In this document: positions 1 through 7,201 of the stretch, piece by piece | Numbering within the stretch: the first letter of the stretch is position 1 | How the letters are laid out: every line of letters begins with the position of its first letter | NCBI GenBank assembly: GCA_964641895.1 | Contig: CAZXLA010000001.1 | Coordinates: 18,842-82,841 of the forward strand | From: an uncultured Tepidisphaeraceae bacterium | Lineage (GTDB): Bacteria > Planctomycetota > Phycisphaerae > Tepidisphaerales > Tepidisphaeraceae | Direction of reading: 5' to 3' | Length of the DNA stretch: 64,000 nucleotides | Made by a program: the position numbers and the translations under genes | The notes under the pieces: generated by a model | What the model was told of the DNA's origin: nothing | Database searches by the model: none | Seen by the model: the letters and a program-made list of their open reading frames with translations, nothing else

Positions 1-110
1 TTGAGCCCGCCGCGCCGATCGCGAAATGGCAGGTTCATCATCGGCTGGGCATAGGGAATGAAATCAGGCTGCGACGGTGGCAACGGCATCGGCGGGGGTT
101 GGTTGAACAT
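1..110 (-). CDS. hypothetical protein, N-terminal fragment running off the window start
   Basis: ATG at 108-110 (minus) opens MFNQPPPMPLPPSQPDFIPYAQPMMNLPFRDRRGGL with no stop before position 1. Third codon positions are G/C-rich like the confident genes. No family recognised. Confidence 0.3.
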   Translation of the reverse strand, partial: MFNQPPPMPLPPSQPDFIPYAQPMMNLPFRDRRGGL

Positions 111-208
111 GGCGATCGACGAGTGTAAGACCGGCACACAACCGCCGCCAACTTGACGGCGGAACGGCCATCCTAACAATCAGAAGATCAAGGAAATAAA
201 GAACCGAA

Positions 209-787
209 ATGGCAACAACAATCGATCATCCGGCACTGACCCCGCTCAAAGCTGCGTTCGCCGACACTCAGTTCTTCGTCGGCGAATTTCGCGAACAAGT
301 CACCGTCGTCGTGCCGCGCGAAAACATCCTGCAGGTATGCAAATTCCTCCGCGATGATCCACGCACCAGCTACAACTTCCTCTGCGAAATCAACGGCGTG
401 GACTACTTAAAGTACCCCGGCGCCAAACACCGCTTCGGCGTGAACTACGGCCTTACCAGCCACAAATTTAACAATCGACTTTGGCTCAAGGTCTTTCTCG
501 ATCCGACACAAGACACGTCGCCGGGACTCGCCCCGCGCGATGAAGAGATTGCCGCCAAAGCCGACCCCGGACTGGTCGTCGACAGCATCACCAGCCTCTT
601 CGCCGGCGCCGAATGGCTCGAGCGCGAGGTGTACGACATGCTCGGCATCGTGTTCAAAGGCAACCCCGACCTTCGACGAATATTGACGTGGAGCGGCTTC
701 GGATCCTACCCGCTGCGCAAAGATTATCCGCTGCGCGGCGTGGGCGAGCGCGAGAACTACAAGATCATCACGCGTGAAGGCGCGTAA
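209..787 (+). CDS. nuoC: NADH-quinone oxidoreductase subunit C (complex I 30 kDa subunit)
   Basis: 192-aa ORF with AEWLEREVYDMLGIVFKGNPDLRRILT and YPLRKDYPL, the conserved NuoC core. No nuoA/B upstream or nuoD downstream. Confidence 0.85.
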   Translation: MATTIDHPALTPLKAAFADTQFFVGEFREQVTVVVPRENILQVCKFLRDDPRTSYNFLCEINGVDYLKYPGAKHRFGVNYGLTSHKFNNRLWLKVFLDPTQDTSPGLAPRDEEIAAKADPGLVVDSITSLFAGAEWLEREVYDMLGIVFKGNPDLRRILTWSGFGSYPLRKDYPLRGVGERENYKIITREGA

Positions 788-850
788 GAATCATCTGCTT
801 GTTTATCAGGTCGTGGAACAATTGATCGAGTCGTCGGATCGAGTGGTATT

Positions 851-1118
851 GCTGTCATAAGTAACCGCAAGCTTCTTCAACGACTTCTCGCGTCAACAAA
901 CAATGTTCGCTTCGCGCATCTGGTTGCCGTTGTTCAGGCGTTTGGATTTCGACGTAGACGGGTGAGCGGTAGCCATCATATTTTCGGTAGGTAGGGAATT
1001 CCAGATCAGGTGAACCTGCAGAAAGTCCATGGGCAGGCAAAACCATATCAGATTCGGCAATTTCAAGCTGGTTGAGCGGTATAATCTCAGCTTATCTGAT
1101 GAGAACTTGCAAAAGTGA
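851..1118 (+). pseudogene. HicA/YcfA-family toxin, disrupted by an in-frame stop and a frameshift
   Basis: The frame reads NVRFAHLVAVVQAFGFRRRRVSGSHHIFGR, TAG at 992-994, then GIPDQVNLQKVHGQAKPYQIRQF. It continues only after a frame change near 1062 as KLVERYNLSLSDENLQK, ending at TGA 1116-1118. The pattern GSHHIF..NLQ..GxAKPYQ.RQ is typical of HicA-type toxins. The stop overlaps the GTG of the next gene (GTGA). No clear start codon. Confidence 0.6.
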
Positions 1119-1336
1119 AAGACTACCACATTAATATTTTCTACAGCGACGCGGACCGGGGCTACATTGCAGATATTCCCGATTTGCAATATTGCTCAGC
1201 GTTCGGCAAGACGCCCGCCGAAGCCCTACGCCAAGTGCAGATTGCCAAAACGGCCTGGTTGAAGGCGACGCGCGACGCGGGTCGCCGTATTCCTAAGCCG
1301 CAATACCGTCCGGCAATTTATCAGGCGGTGGCTTAG
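1115..1336 (+). CDS. hicB: HicB-family antitoxin
   Basis: 73-aa ORF MKDYHINIFYSDADRGYIADIPDLQYCSAFGKTPAEALRQVQIAKTAWL, the HicB N-terminal fold signature (PDLPGC-like, G.T.EEAL-like). Start overlaps the toxin remnant stop. Confidence 0.75.
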   Translation: MKDYHINIFYSDADRGYIADIPDLQYCSAFGKTPAEALRQVQIAKTAWLKATRDAGRRIPKPQYRPAIYQAVA

Positions 1337-1514
1337 TTGGACGTTGCGCACGCAGCATCGTCCTTGCGGCCGTCGTGGCGATGACGGCGATCGTTCCGCA
1401 GCAGCGACGCTGGCGCGCAACAGCCGCCACTTTTGCGATCAGTTCATCCTGGCGTATTTCATGCTCACAGGTGAATGCAGCGGGGGCATTCTCAATCGGC
1501 TATAATCCGACGCG

Positions 1515-3182
1515 ATGTTCGAACCGCTCACCCAGCGCCGTTACCTCCTGCCATTCAAGGTGGCCCGTTTACCCCAGCAGATCACCGATGTGCTGGTGAT
1601 TGGCGGCGGGGTGGCTGGCCTGCGCGCCGCCATTGCCGCGGCCGAGGCGGGGGCCGACGTGCTGGTGATGACCAAAGATACCCTCGACGAATCCAACACC
1701 TGGTACGCGCAAGGCGGCATCGCGGCGGTGCTGTCGCCGCTGGATTCGTTTGAGGCACACATTCGCGATACCGAAATCGTCGGTGTGGGTTTGTGCGACG
1801 AAGAAGCGGTGAAGACCGTCGTGCAGGAAGGCGCGCAGCGCGTCATCGAACTCCTCCAATGGGGCGCGAACTTTGATAAGCAAAAAGGCAATGCCTACGA
1901 CCTGGCTTTTGGTTTAGAAGGGGGCCACAGCTTCGCGCGCATCCTCCACGCCTACGGCGACGCCACCGGCCGCGAGCTGGCGCAGACGTTGATCGGCAAG
2001 GTGCATTCCCACGAGTCGATCCGCATCAGCGAGAAAACCTTTGCGATTGATCTCATTACGCATGAAGGCGCATGCGTCGGCGTGTTGGCGCTGATCGCCG
2101 GACAGGTGCAGGTGGTCTGGGCCCGCCGAACCATTCTGGCCAGCGGCGGGGCGGGGCAGCTTTATCGCGAATCGACCAACCCCAAAATCGCCACCGCCGA
2201 CGGCCACGCGATGGCCTACCGCGCCGGAGCACGCGTGCAGGATATGGAGTTTGTGCAGTTTCACCCGACCACGCTTTACGTCGCCGGCGCCAGCCGCGCG
2301 CTGGTGACCGAGGCCGTCCGAGGCGAAGGCGCACACCTGGTCGATAAAAACGGCTCCCGCTTCATGCACGATTATCACGCCGACGGCGAGCTTGCCCCGC
2401 GTGACGTCGTCAGTCGCGCCATCGTCGAGCAGATTCGCAAGACGTTCTTCACACACGTCTTTCTTGACGTTCGACACTTGGACACCCGCAAATTCCGCGA
2501 GCGGTTCCCGCAACTGGCCAAGCTTTCCGACGAGTTTGATATCGATCTTGCCAAAGACCTCATTCCCATTCATCCCGCGATGCACTACATGATCGGCGGT
2601 GTCGACGCCGACGAGCTCGGTCGATCGAGCCTGCCCGGCCTGTACGCCGTCGGCGAGGCCAGTTGCAGCGGCCTGCACGGGGCGAACCGCCTGGCCAGCA
2701 ACTCCCTGCTCGAAGGTCTGGTGTATGGCGCGCGCGCCGGCGTCGATGCCGCGGCGGCGGTGAAACAGAACAGCATCACGTTCCCGCAGAACATCGAACA
2801 CAAGATCGCCGCGTCCAACAAGACCGAACTCGATATGCTCGACGTGCGAAACAGCCTGCGCAGCATCATGTGGCGCAACGTAGGCATCGAACGAGACGGC
2901 GACCGCTTGAATGAAACCCGCGAGATCATCGCGTTCTGGTCGCGCTACGTCATGGATAAAACCTTCAACCCCGCCGACATCAGCCACGCCGCCATCACCG
3001 GGTGGGAACTGCAGAACATGCTCACCGTGTGCTACCTGATCACCACGGCCGCGTTCTCGCGCACCGAATCACGCGGCGCTCACTACCGCACGGATTTCCC
3101 GCAGCGCGACGACAAGCATTGGCGGCTGCACCTGCTCTGGCATCGCCCGACCGAAACGCCGATTCCCGAGCCGATCGATTAG
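1515..3182 (+). CDS. nadB: L-aspartate oxidase
   Basis: 555-aa ORF. Contains FAD dinucleotide fold VLVIGGGVAGLRAAI, YAQGGIAA, HPT, RGEGA and GLHGANRLASNSLLEGLV, all typical of NadB/succinate dehydrogenase flavoproteins; the length fits NadB. Confidence 0.95.
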   Translation: MFEPLTQRRYLLPFKVARLPQQITDVLVIGGGVAGLRAAIAAAEAGADVLVMTKDTLDESNTWYAQGGIAAVLSPLDSFEAHIRDTEIVGVGLCDEEAVKTVVQEGAQRVIELLQWGANFDKQKGNAYDLAFGLEGGHSFARILHAYGDATGRELAQTLIGKVHSHESIRISEKTFAIDLITHEGACVGVLALIAGQVQVVWARRTILASGGAGQLYRESTNPKIATADGHAMAYRAGARVQDMEFVQFHPTTLYVAGASRALVTEAVRGEGAHLVDKNGSRFMHDYHADGELAPRDVVSRAIVEQIRKTFFTHVFLDVRHLDTRKFRERFPQLAKLSDEFDIDLAKDLIPIHPAMHYMIGGVDADELGRSSLPGLYAVGEASCSGLHGANRLASNSLLEGLVYGARAGVDAAAAVKQNSITFPQNIEHKIAASNKTELDMLDVRNSLRSIMWRNVGIERDGDRLNETREIIAFWSRYVMDKTFNPADISHAAITGWELQNMLTVCYLITTAAFSRTESRGAHYRTDFPQRDDKHWRLHLLWHRPTETPIPEPID

Positions 3183-3241
3183 AGCCGCCATGGCTATCGA
3201 CATGATCGACTGTCCGGGCCGCACAACTCGAACCCCTGCAT

Positions 3242-3323
3242 TGTGCCATGTGGCATAATTGTGCGCCTGCACCATTCACGCCGGGTTGTGAGCTTTAGCG
3301 AACGCCCGGATTCTTCGGGTGCT
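3242..3323. repeat. left arm of an 82-bp inverted repeat pair (partner 3734-3815)
   Basis: TGTGCCATGTGGCATAATTGTGCGCCTGCACCATTCACGCCGGGTTGTGAGCTTTAGCGAACGCCCGGATTCTTCGGGTGCT matches the reverse complement of 3734-3815 at about 74 of 82 positions (aligned by eye). Confidence 0.9.
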
Positions 3324-3714
3324 GTCGGAACCACGAGGCCGTTCAGCGCTCACCATACTCACGCCGATCGTGCAAAACCTCGGCGATCGCGCCCGATCAC
3401 TCATCACCCGCGAACTCGACCGCCTGATGATTCGCACCGCGGAACTGGAAGACGTCTCCAACGATTTCATCATCCTCGACCGCGAGCAGGTCCTCGGCCG
3501 CCGCGGTCTGCACAGCGACGAGATGCAGGAATTGCAACAGATGCTGCCCTACCTTGACCGCATCGAGCAAACCGCCGCCGAAGGCCGGCGCATCCATCGT
3601 AACCTGGGCGGCACCGGCGAAAGCTGGGATGACATTCTTCTGCGCACCAGCGAAACCGAGTCGAGAGCGCGCGGCGTACTGTCGATCAACGCACCCCTGA
3701 CCGGAGAGCGCTGA
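3319..3714 (+). CDS. hypothetical protein (orphan ORF enclosed by the inverted repeats)
   Basis: 131-aa ORF with G/C-rich third positions throughout, like the confident genes. GTG start lies in the inner end of the left repeat; alternative starts are GTG 3369 and ATG 3427. No family recognised. Confidence 0.55.
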   Translation: MLSEPRGRSALTILTPIVQNLGDRARSLITRELDRLMIRTAELEDVSNDFIILDREQVLGRRGLHSDEMQELQQMLPYLDRIEQTAAEGRRIHRNLGGTGESWDDILLRTSETESRARGVLSINAPLTGER

Positions 3715-3733
3715 ACAGCCTCATCGTCTCGAA

Positions 3734-3815
3734 AGCACTTGAAGAATCCGGGCGTTCGCTAAGGCTCACAACCCGGCGTGAATGGCGCAGGCGCGCGATT
3801 GTGCCACGTGGCACA
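3734..3815. repeat. right arm of the 82-bp inverted repeat pair
   Basis: Reverse complement of 3242-3323 with about 8 mismatches. The outer end is the perfect palindrome TGTGCCACGTGGCACA (3800-3815). Confidence 0.9.
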
Positions 3816-3892
3816 TTGTTCAAACCGCATCTCGGTCTCCTGCTGTCGCTCGCGGCTCTCCGCTGTCGGCTATCGGCTCTTCTCGCCGAGAA

Positions 3893-3929
3893 TTGTGCCA
3901 CGTGGCACAACTTTGTGAAATATTTCACG
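3893..3929. promoter_or_regulatory. two adjacent TGTG-N8-CACA type palindromes (candidate operator sites)
   Basis: TGTGCCACGTGGCACA at 3893-3908 is the third copy of the repeat-end palindrome. It is followed by TGTGAAATATTTCACG at 3914-3929, which fits the CRP-type TGTGA-N6-TCACA pattern in 9 of 10 positions. Confidence 0.35.
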
Positions 3930-4475
3930 ATTGATGCAATCACCTGAAACCAATGAGCTTACAGAACCCGTCCCGAAAATTTCAGAAACAGCGACCCTAA
4001 CACACTGTGATCAATCTAATATTCAGTGCGCCCCAGCGTCATCCCCGCACCCCACGCCGCCGCAGAGCCTTAGCGCCGCGTCGGCTCGACCGGCCAGACC
4101 CCGGAAATTCCAGCCGATCACCGCCCGCCCCCGGCACCACCTGCCCTCATTTTTCTAAATCGACGCCCCAGGTTCGCGCTGGAACGCGGCGGATCAAATG
4201 GCAGCGCCACCGCATATGACGCGAACGACGAGCCGCAAGCATCAGCGACCGGTCGGATTGCCGCGGGAATCGGGCCGCTGACGCTCGCCGCTCGTCATAT
4301 GCGGTTGCACTGGAGCATGTGGCAACGATTATAGATTTGTCTTGCCGCCGCCAGAAAAGTTGTCAGGAAAGTTTGACGCTTCCCACCATAAACCAAAATC
4401 GCCCCGTGCAAATCACCGCGTATCACCGCGATGAGGCACACACTCGAACACACACTTGACCGCCCACCGCCCGAC

Positions 4476-4504
4476 TTGAACGCGGCAGCGACAGCGGATA
4501 ATGT
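4476..4504 (+). promoter_or_regulatory. candidate sigma70-type promoter for tRNA-Cys
   Basis: TTGAAC (4476-4481), 17-nt spacer, TAATGT (4499-4504); alternatively GATAAT at 4497-4502. The tRNA starts at 4516. Confidence 0.4.
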
Positions 4505-4515
4505 TCGATGTTCGC

Positions 4516-4589
4516 GGCCAGATGCCCGAGTGGACTAAGGGAGCGGATTGCAAATCCGTTATTCGTGGGTTCGAATCCCACTCTGGCCT
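4516..4589 (+). tRNA. tRNA-Cys (GCA)
   Basis: Cloverleaf folded by hand. Acceptor GGCCAGA/TCTGGCC, D arm CCCG..AGGG, anticodon stem GCGGA/TCCGT with loop TTGCAAA, T arm GTGGG-TTCGAAT-CCCAC, discriminator T. No encoded CCA. Confidence 0.9.
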
Positions 4590-4599
4590 TTCATCGCGG

Positions 4600-6732
4600 C
4601 TACTCGCTTCTGCTCGTGATCGATTGCCACTGCTTCTCCAGCCGCTGCACGCTGACCGGCGCACTGGTTTTCAGTTCCTGGGCGAACAGACCTACGCGGA
4701 GTTCTTCGATCATCCAGCGGAAATTGATCAGGTCCGGGTGCTGTTTCAATGACGGCTTGCGGGCGATGCGGTCGGCGTAGTGCAGCCAGAACGGGCGCAC
4801 CTGGCTTGCGAGCTGCGAATCTTTTTCTGCGCCCCACGCCTTGAGCTTGGTGAGGCGCACTTCGGCGGCGCGCAGAAACCGCGGCAGATGCGGGCGCCAG
4901 GCGAGCGGGGTGGCGATTGCAAAATCCGGCGGGAGCAGGGCGGCGACTTGTTGGCGCACGTCGCGGATGGCGCCGTGGTGGTGCGCGGGGTGGCGCTGTT
5001 CCAACAGTACTGCGACGGCATGATACGCCTGCAGCGTCAACGTCGCCTGCGCCGCAGCGGCATCGGCGGCGGCGTTGAGTTTTTTGTACGCTTTGGCGGC
5101 GCGGTCGGCGAACGCGGACTGCGTGCGGACGACGGATGGATCATCATGAAACAGTGCCTCATCCGCCACGGCCAGCAGGATCGATCGCCGAAGCGTCTCC
5201 GCCGGCGCGAGCGAGGCATAATTCAGCGCCATAGCGCTCCACCCGCGCATGGCCCGCGCGATTTGTTTGAACTCGGGCGCAAGCTGCTGCATGAACAACC
5301 GCCGCATGCCGGTGCGCATCTCCCGCGCCGCCGATTCGGGGGAATCGAGCAGGCGCAGGTCGACCCGCTCGCCGTTTTCCACCAGCGTTGGATAGGCCAG
5401 CACGGTGATTCCGGGCTTGCGCACGGCGATCGAATCCGGCAGGTCGCCGAAATCCCACCGCGTCACGTTCTTTTTTGCCCATGGCGACGCGGGCAGGTCT
5501 TTAAATGCATCGCGCGTTACGTCGGCCAGCTTTTCGCGCAGCTCCGCCAGATCGCGCGACACGGCAAGCGTTCGGCCGCCTTCGTCAATGACGCGAATGT
5601 TCATCTTTAGAAACGGCGCGAGTTCGTTCTGCTTGAACGTGCTGGGCGGGATGATTTCTCCGACGATATTCCCACACCGGTCGGCGACGGTCGCCAGAAA
5701 GTCGCCTTCACCAAACCGCAGCTCTTTTGCAAGATTCGCCGCGACGGTGGGCGCGGGCACAAGTTTGGTGCGCACGCCGCGCGGAAGCGTGCGGATGAGT
5801 GAAACGATTTTTTCAACAAGCCAACCCGGCACCAGCCAATCGAACGCGCCCGCCGGCAGATGGCCCAGCGCCGCGAGCGGGAGGTCGACCGTGATTCCGT
5901 CGGCCGCGCTGGCGGGCTCAAACTGATAGTGCAGCTTAAATCGGTTGCCGGCTACGGTCGTGTGATCGGGAAAAGCGCTCGGCGAGATCGAGGGCGCATC
6001 GTTGCGGAGAAGGTCGCTGATCGCCATCTGAAGCTGGTGCCGATGGTGCTGTTCGGCCTGCCGGAACCACTTTTCAAAGCTTGGGCCGTCAAAGACATCC
6101 GGCGGCAGACGGGCATCGTAAAAGCCGAACAATTGCTGAGCATCCAATGCAAGATCGCGGCGGCGAACCTTTGCCTCCAGTTCACGCACTTCTTCGGACA
6201 GCGCCTGATTCTTCTTGAAAAACGGCGCGGCGGTGCGAAATCGGCCGTCGATCAGGCCGTGCAGAATGAACAGTTGCCGCGCCACCTTCGGCTCGATCGG
6301 CCCGTAGTTCACGCCGCGCCGCGCGACAATCACCAGGCCGAACAGCGTTACTTTCTCGAACGCATTCACATGGTGCGCCTGATCGTTCCAGTGCGGATCG
6401 CTGTACGACCGCTTGAGCAAATGTTCGCCGGCGCGCTCGATCCACTGCGGCTGAATGCGGGCGCAGATGCGGGCGTAGAGCCGTGTCGTTTCCACCAACT
6501 CGGCGGCCATGATCCACAGCGGCTGATTCTTGAACAGGCCGGATCCCGGGTGGATCGACGTTTTGACATCTCGCGCCGCGGTGAACTCGTGTTTGTCAGT
6601 CTTTGTGGCGATGCTGCCGAGCAACCCGGTGAGCAACGCGCGGTGAATGGAATCGCGCTGGCCGTCGGTTAGCGTCCGGAAGGGGAGTTGTTCGGGTTCA
6701 TCGGACATCGACTCAAACTTTGTCAGCAACAT
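4600..6732 (-). CDS. HrpA-like protein, C-terminal half only (OB-fold region plus DUF3418-like tail, no DEAH helicase core)
   Basis: 710-aa ORF (alternative start 6708). ALLTGLLGSIATKTDKHEFTAARDVKTSIHPGSGLFKNQPLWIMAAELVETTRLYARICARIQPQWIE aligns by eye to the region after the helicase core of E. coli HrpA. No Walker A/DEAH motifs are present, and the upstream gene is cbiX. Confidence 0.8.
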   Translation of the reverse strand: MLLTKFESMSDEPEQLPFRTLTDGQRDSIHRALLTGLLGSIATKTDKHEFTAARDVKTSIHPGSGLFKNQPLWIMAAELVETTRLYARICARIQPQWIERAGEHLLKRSYSDPHWNDQAHHVNAFEKVTLFGLVIVARRGVNYGPIEPKVARQLFILHGLIDGRFRTAAPFFKKNQALSEEVRELEAKVRRRDLALDAQQLFGFYDARLPPDVFDGPSFEKWFRQAEQHHRHQLQMAISDLLRNDAPSISPSAFPDHTTVAGNRFKLHYQFEPASAADGITVDLPLAALGHLPAGAFDWLVPGWLVEKIVSLIRTLPRGVRTKLVPAPTVAANLAKELRFGEGDFLATVADRCGNIVGEIIPPSTFKQNELAPFLKMNIRVIDEGGRTLAVSRDLAELREKLADVTRDAFKDLPASPWAKKNVTRWDFGDLPDSIAVRKPGITVLAYPTLVENGERVDLRLLDSPESAAREMRTGMRRLFMQQLAPEFKQIARAMRGWSAMALNYASLAPAETLRRSILLAVADEALFHDDPSVVRTQSAFADRAAKAYKKLNAAADAAAAQATLTLQAYHAVAVLLEQRHPAHHHGAIRDVRQQVAALLPPDFAIATPLAWRPHLPRFLRAAEVRLTKLKAWGAEKDSQLASQVRPFWLHYADRIARKPSLKQHPDLINFRWMIEELRVGLFAQELKTSAPVSVQRLEKQWQSITSRSE

Positions 6733-7162
6733 CCGGCGATTCCAGTCCCCTGCGCAGCGTGCCGTGGCAGCTTGGGCAATCGTATCCGTTGTCGTCGCAG
6801 AAGGTCGCGCGCTTGGCCAGCAGGTCGAGAATCAGATCATCAATCCCCAGCGGCATGGCGACGTGATAGCGCGTCTGCGGATGCTGCGCGGCGGCGTCGG
6901 CGGCGAGGCGGGGAATGTCGGCGGTCCAGTGCTTTCCCGGGCCGAGGAAGAACGGCAACACGACCACGCGGGTCGCGCCGCGCCGCACGCACGTGGTATA
7001 CGCTGAAGCGATTGACGGCTCGGTGAGTTCCATGTGCGCCGGCTCGACGATCGAAAACTTCTCGTGAAACCGCTTGCCGAATAGAGCGGCCACTTCTTCC
7101 AGCATCTGGTTGCTTTCGGCGCGTCGAGAGCCGTGATCGACGATGATGATGCCGGTGCGCAT
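6713..7162 (-). CDS. cbiX: sirohydrochlorin chelatase, CbiX/SirB family
   Basis: 149-aa ORF. GIIIVDHGSRR and VVVLPFFLGPGKHWTADIP are the CbiX signature; the tail is Cys-rich. Confidence 0.8.
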   Translation of the reverse strand: MRTGIIIVDHGSRRAESNQMLEEVAALFGKRFHEKFSIVEPAHMELTEPSIASAYTTCVRRGATRVVVLPFFLGPGKHWTADIPRLAADAAAQHPQTRYHVAMPLGIDDLILDLLAKRATFCDDNGYDCPSCHGTLRRGLESPDVADKV

Positions 7163-7201
7163 ACGCTTGATGGTAGTCGTCGTATTCCGCGGCGGTCGCC
7201 A

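Noticed and set aside
1501-1514. TATAAT box 8 nt upstream of the nadB ATG, suggesting a leaderless mRNA
   Set aside because: No acceptable -35 or extended -10 element lies at the right distance, and a single hexamer match is expected by chance. It would need 5'-end mapping.
1914-2987. 357-aa ORF antisense to nadB (and similar shadow ORFs throughout the track, e.g. 13677-14456, 18631-19518, 25766-26422)
   Set aside because: Each overlaps a gene with strong family motifs on the other strand or in another frame. None has motifs of its own.
3183-4515. Integrated mobile element or genomic island at tRNA-Cys
   Set aside because: The unusual region lies upstream (5') of the tRNA, not at its 3' end. 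There is no integrase, no direct repeat of the tRNA 3' end, and only one small ORF.
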